This document shows, piece by piece, positions 59,510 through 64,000 of a stretch of 64,000 bases of DNA (positions within the stretch are counted from its first letter, which is position 1; each line of letters starts with the position of its first letter). The notes beneath the pieces are model-generated. The model saw nothing but the letters and a program-made list of their open reading frames with translations. It searched no databases and was not told the DNA's origin. The position numbers and the translations under genes are program-made. The stretch is from the NCBI GenBank assembly GCA_043228905.1, contig JBHGNT010000017.1, forward strand, positions 12,400,001 to 12,464,000, written 5' to 3'. The stretch comes from Azolla caroliniana. Taxonomy: Eukaryota > Plantae > Polypodiophyta.

Positions 59510-61189
59510 CAGTGGCAAGGAGATGGAGAATCAACAAGAGGCTAGCAACATGATGACGATGTTCGAGTGGATGCTCCAAGAACAATGTGTGATGTTAGAG
59601 ATTGTGGCAGTAATGGAACGGCTCGTGCAAGGGAGCAGGCAATTCAACGGGAAGGATGTGTCACGTTATTTGCAGGACTACAAGGCGGAGATGCTACGGT
59701 GCGGAATACCGGAAGGATTGCAAGTGACATCCTTCAATCGAGTGGCTACTGATGGGCTTCAAGGGAGTATCCACGGGATACAACAACAAAATCTGACGTG
59801 GGTGGCGTTGTCGGGGTAGTTGTGGTTCGTGCGGCGAAGTCGCGGGGACTAAGGTTAAGGGGAGTTGAAGAAACTTAACTTTTAATAAGGCTTGTATGGT
59901 GATGATAGAATGGTTAAGGATAGTAAGAAGAAGAGTTACGAGTAATGTGTGTGTGTGTGTGTGTGTGTGTGAGTGAGAGAGAGAGAGAGAGAGACGAGCA
60001 TAGATAAAAGATAGAGACGATGTATGATTCAAGAAAGAAGATTGAGACAAAGTATGATTCTAGAAAGAAGATTGAGACAAAGTATGATTCAAGGAACAAG
60101 AGTATATGATATAAACATGATGTATATTAAAAATATAATATTTTACCAACTTTACAATCCTTGATCGCAAGATGAATCTTTTCAATACCGACCCTTGATT
60201 TGAACCCACGACTTCCACTTTGAAACGTGAGGCTCTTCACCGAATAAAATATCTTCAATACTTGCTTAGATTCTTTTCTCCCACTTTCTCTTCATTGATT
60301 GATTACCCTATTTTCCCTCTTCCCTCTTTTTATAAGTATTGCCATGCATATGGTAATGTGTAGGAGCATGGCATGCATGTAATGCATGAGTTACATGTGA
60401 TGCATAATCGCCATTTGGCGCACATGCATTGCATGTGATGCATGATAGCCAACATGCTCATTTGAGCTCCCATGTATGAAAATATATATGGGATAAGTAT
60501 AATGATGGATATAGCCCTTAAACAAATAACCTAGCTTAGTGGTGTATGCTTTGTGCTTGATATACAAGGTTGAGGGTTCAAGTCCCTCAATTTTACTTAA
60601 TACAATATTTAAGTTTATTCTTATATAGTGAAGCACATTCTTGACATCATTTCTAAAAACAAATAGCCTACCCTAGTGGTGTATACATTGTGCTTGGTTT
60701 ATAAGGTTGTGGGTTCAAGTGTTTAAAATATTACTGAATTCAATATTTAAATTTATTTTTATATCGTGAAGCAAATCCTTCACGACAACGTTTGAAGAAG
60801 TGTTGAAGACCACGTTCGCTATCAAGGACTCCTCCTAGTCCAAAATCCCAGCGGTTCCCACTCGACTCACGCAACGATCCGGCGCTGAAAGGCACGCCAC
60901 ATTCAGTGAACCCGACGTGAAAACGGGTGGCAAGGAGATGGAGAATCAACAAGAGGCTAGCAACATGATGACGATGTTTGAGTGGATGCTACAAGCTAAG
61001 AACAACGCGCGATGTTAGACATTGCGGCGACAATGGAGCGGCTCATGCAATTCAAAGGGAAGGATGTGTCACGTTCTTTGCGGGACTACAAGGAGGAAAT
61101 GCTATGGTTTGGAATACCTGAAGGATTGCAAGTGACATCCTTCAATTGAGTGGCTACTGATGGGTTTCAAGGGAGTATCCATGGGATAC
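59510..61189 (+). pseudogene. gag: Two tandem Trp-family Gypsy gag starts, the second with an LTR end and PBS (~60829-60921)
   Basis: MENQQEASNMM..FNGKDVSRYL occurs twice. The first is interrupted by the solo LTR. Confidence 0.75.
59809..60787 (-). repeat. Solo LTR containing (GT)n/(GA)n microsatellites
   Basis: TGTCG...CGACA ends, TSD GCGT/ACGT, gag frame resumes (A-FEEVLKTTF). Orientation is inferred. Confidence 0.7.
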
Positions 61190-61678
61190 TGTCATGACAC
61201 AATGACATCAAATATATAGTTAGTGAGGATTGAACCTACAACCTCACATCTACAATACGTCATGCCTAACCATTTCGATATGAGCATGTACTTGTATATA
61301 GCTTAGTATTATTAGTCTAGCATATAGTATATTCGAGAATATTCTAGTCTTTAGTATATTTTAGAAATATTCTATGGTGTAATCTAGATGGGTATATTTC
61401 TAGAGACATTTCTCAAATATATTCTAGAGATATTTCTCAAGTATATTCTAGAGATATTAAATCTCAGAACCTGTATAAATACTTGTAAACTCCTTCGTCC
61501 CTTTCAAGAGATTCAACACCAGTCATTGACGCATCAATCTATTATTCTCGTTTCACCTCATCTTTGTGTCCGTGATCTTTATTTTGGTCTTTTCATGCCC
61601 TCATGTCTCTCACAAAATCTAGAGTTCCTAGCCTTGCCGTATCCATCTCCCAGTTCATCCGTCGTGTTATGTACACAT
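61190..61678 (+). repeat. LTR-like segment
   Basis: TGTCATGACAC start, TATTCTAGA repeats, TATAAATA at ~61474. Right end is uncertain and no TSD was found. Confidence 0.4.
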
Positions 61679-61812
61679 AACGTTGGTGAGGGTAGGTCAC
61701 CAATATTTACATTAGTGAAGGGTATGTTCACTAATGTTAAAAAGGAGACTAATGATTGGATAGAAGGAATGATAGGTGCATGCACTATCATGATTTGGAC
61801 AACCAATGAATG

Positions 61813-64000
61813 TGTTGGGATTTCGGTCCCTTCGGATGGGATAGGGTTTAGTCGGAGACGAATGCCGACAAGCCTGGTTTCGGTTTCGGATCCGGATGAC
61901 GAAGACCCCGGCTTCGGTGCCGGATGACGAATGTACCCGGAGAGCGATCCGGATGCAGGGACATATCCGTGAATATGTTCGCTATGGGCCCCTGAGGCCA
62001 CAGTTGTAAATAGCCCCAAAGTCATATATGTATAAATATGACTTAGGGCAAACAGTTTTACTGTTGCTACTCATTTTTCTGTTTTTCCACTCAAGAGGAG
62101 TGAAGAGAGAGAGCAGCCGTGAGAGAGAGAGAGAGATAGAGCGCGAGAGAGGAAGAGGACGACGCCTCTATGTATTTCCGCCGCCTGTGGCGAGGACAGC
62201 GAGCTCAAGGTCGTCGCCTTGGAGCTCGTCACTGTATACTTCTCTTTGTATAGTGTTGTTAGGAGTCTTGTACTCCCGTGGTTTTTCCCATCTAGGGTTT
62301 TCCACGTTAATCTCTGTGTACTCGTGTGTTTCTCCTTTTTTTTTGGTTTCTATTTTCTGCTGCATTGATCCGCGATTACTAGGTTGTGGCTGAGCGAAGA
62401 AGGTTAATCGAAGCATCGATTCCCAACAAACTGGTATCAGAGCGACTGTTGCAGAAAATGGAAGGCGGCGGCAGCGGGCAGCCGATGATGATGGTGCTGA
62501 ATGCACAGAATTACGCCGACTGGAAGATCAAGATGGAGGATCTTCTGATTGTTCGGGACCTGTACGAACCGATTGACAGGTCGGAAATACCGAAAGGGGT
62601 ACTTGAGTCGGAGTGGAAGCTCCTGAACCGGAAAGCCGTAGCGACGATCCGACAATATGTCGATGTAAGCGTCCTACAACATGTGGCGAATGATACCAAC
62701 GCATATGAGATGTGGAAGAAGCTGTCGGGCCTCTACGAGAGGAAGAATGCGTTGAACCGGACCTCCCTGATGAGGAAGATAGTGAACCTCAAGTACCGGG
62801 ACGGCGAGAGTATGGTCGAACACGTAAGCACGTTCATGGGATTCGTGAATCAGCTTGCGGCGATCAAGTTCCCGTTGGAGGATGCAATGCAAGCCATCAT
62901 CCTGATGTGTACATTGCCAGAAAGCTGGGAGAACTTGGTGGTGACTCTCAGCACCTCCTGCACCGAAGATAACTTGTCCTTACAAACGGTAAAGACAAGT
63001 ATTTTGAATGAAGAAGCGCGTCGGAGAGATAAGGAACCGACCTCCGACCCGAAGATGTTGTTTACCGAATCGGATCGGGGAAGACAATGGAACCGGAGTC
63101 CGCAAAGACGGGAGAAGTCGGGGACCCGGTCGCAGTCAAGAGGAAGACCCACATGCTTCCACTGTGGGAAGCCGGGGCACTTCCGAAAGAACTGTCGGCA
63201 TTACCGAAAAGACAACGGAGCCGACGACACCGATTCGAAGAAGTCACCGGAGAGAAACGGTGCATACCGGGGAGCCACGGACCGGAGAGGTTCGGATCGG
63301 CGAGGGCAGGACCGGAAAGGAACAACGGCACTCGCGGCAAGTGAGGAAGAAATCATGCTCATCACCGAAGAAGGAGAGCTAAACATTGCCGGCGATGAGA
63401 CGACCTGGGTGGTCGATTCCGGAGCATCGTTCCACCTGACCCCGGAGAGAAGATACTTCTCATCCTACACAGCCGGTGAGCATGGCTGTGTTCGGATGGG
63501 AAATGAGGGTACGTGCCGGATTGCCAGCATAGGAGACGTGTGGTTGACTACCCCGACCGGATGCAAAATGCTGCTGAAGGATGTCCGACACGTTCCGGAG
63601 GTTCGATTGAACCTGATTTCGGCCGGGAGGCTAGACGATGAAGGCTACACGGGTAGCATCCGGAACGGTGTCATGAAGTTCAGCAAGGGGAGCCTGATAG
63701 TGGCTCGGGCCCGGAAGGTCAACACTCTATACCTGATTAATGCCCGGTTATGTCCGGAAGAGCTGAATGTGGCAGCCGACACTGCCGGTGAGCTGTGGCA
63801 CAAGAGACTGTGCCACATGAGCGAGAAGGGGATGAAGAGGCTTGCAGAAGACAACCTCATTCCAGTGAAGCATGTGCACCTGGAGAAGTGCACCGATTGC
63901 CTGGCCGGTAAGCAGAACCGAACCTCCTTCCACTCAAGGCCACCGACGAGACGTAGCGCACCATTGGAGTTGGTGCACACCGACGTGTGTCAGGTAGAAA
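61813..64000 (+). mobile_element. Tnt1/Tork-like Copia, 5' part, apparently intact; runs off the right edge
   Basis: LTR TGTTGGGA...TCCCAACA (61813-62428). PBS-Met TGGTATCAGAGC at 62432-62443. Confidence 0.92.
62458..64000 (+). CDS. Copia gag-pol, open to the window end (absent from the ORF track because it has no stop)
   Basis: LNAQNYADWKIKM, CFHCGKPGHFRKNC, WVVDSGASFH, LWHKRLCH, PLELVHTDVC in one frame. Confidence 0.9.
   Translation, partial: MEGGGSGQPMMMVLNAQNYADWKIKMEDLLIVRDLYEPIDRSEIPKGVLESEWKLLNRKAVATIRQYVDVSVLQHVANDTNAYEMWKKLSGLYERKNALNRTSLMRKIVNLKYRDGESMVEHVSTFMGFVNQLAAIKFPLEDAMQAIILMCTLPESWENLVVTLSTSCTEDNLSLQTVKTSILNEEARRRDKEPTSDPKMLFTESDRGRQWNRSPQRREKSGTRSQSRGRPTCFHCGKPGHFRKNCRHYRKDNGADDTDSKKSPERNGAYRGATDRRGSDRRGQDRKGTTALAASEEEIMLITEEGELNIAGDETTWVVDSGASFHLTPERRYFSSYTAGEHGCVRMGNEGTCRIASIGDVWLTTPTGCKMLLKDVRHVPEVRLNLISAGRLDDEGYTGSIRNGVMKFSKGSLIVARARKVNTLYLINARLCPEELNVAADTAGELWHKRLCHMSEKGMKRLAEDNLIPVKHVHLEKCTDCLAGKQNRTSFHSRPPTRRSAPLELVHTDVCQVE

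Noticed and set aside
60525-60725. Functional tRNA genes
   Set aside because: Only box-like motifs; no convincing acceptor or anticodon stems, and they sit inside an LTR.
61388-62025. 179-aa and 148-aa ORFs as host genes
   Set aside because: They span LTR junctions and low-complexity repeats and show no domain signal.

Overview
Eukaryotic (plant-type, probably bryophyte; inference) heterochromatin made almost entirely of nested transposons, with no recognisable host gene. It holds several Ty3/Gypsy and Ty1/Copia LTR retrotransposons. One Gypsy is very young (9565-19431) and carries an extra ~900-aa ORF. The standout is two copies (20653-24922 and 45507-57122) of a cut-and-paste DNA transposon with 36-bp TIRs and 4-bp TSDs. 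Together they reconstruct an element with a Sola-like DDD transposase, a divergently oriented 6-exon gene for a ParB/Srx-like domain fused to a prokaryote-type beta-class amino (N6A/N4C) DNA methyltransferase, and an array of 11 palindromic 31-bp units spaced ~51 bp apart in intron 1 of that gene. All coordinates, splice models and TSDs were read by eye. Family assignments rest on motif recognition, not database searches.
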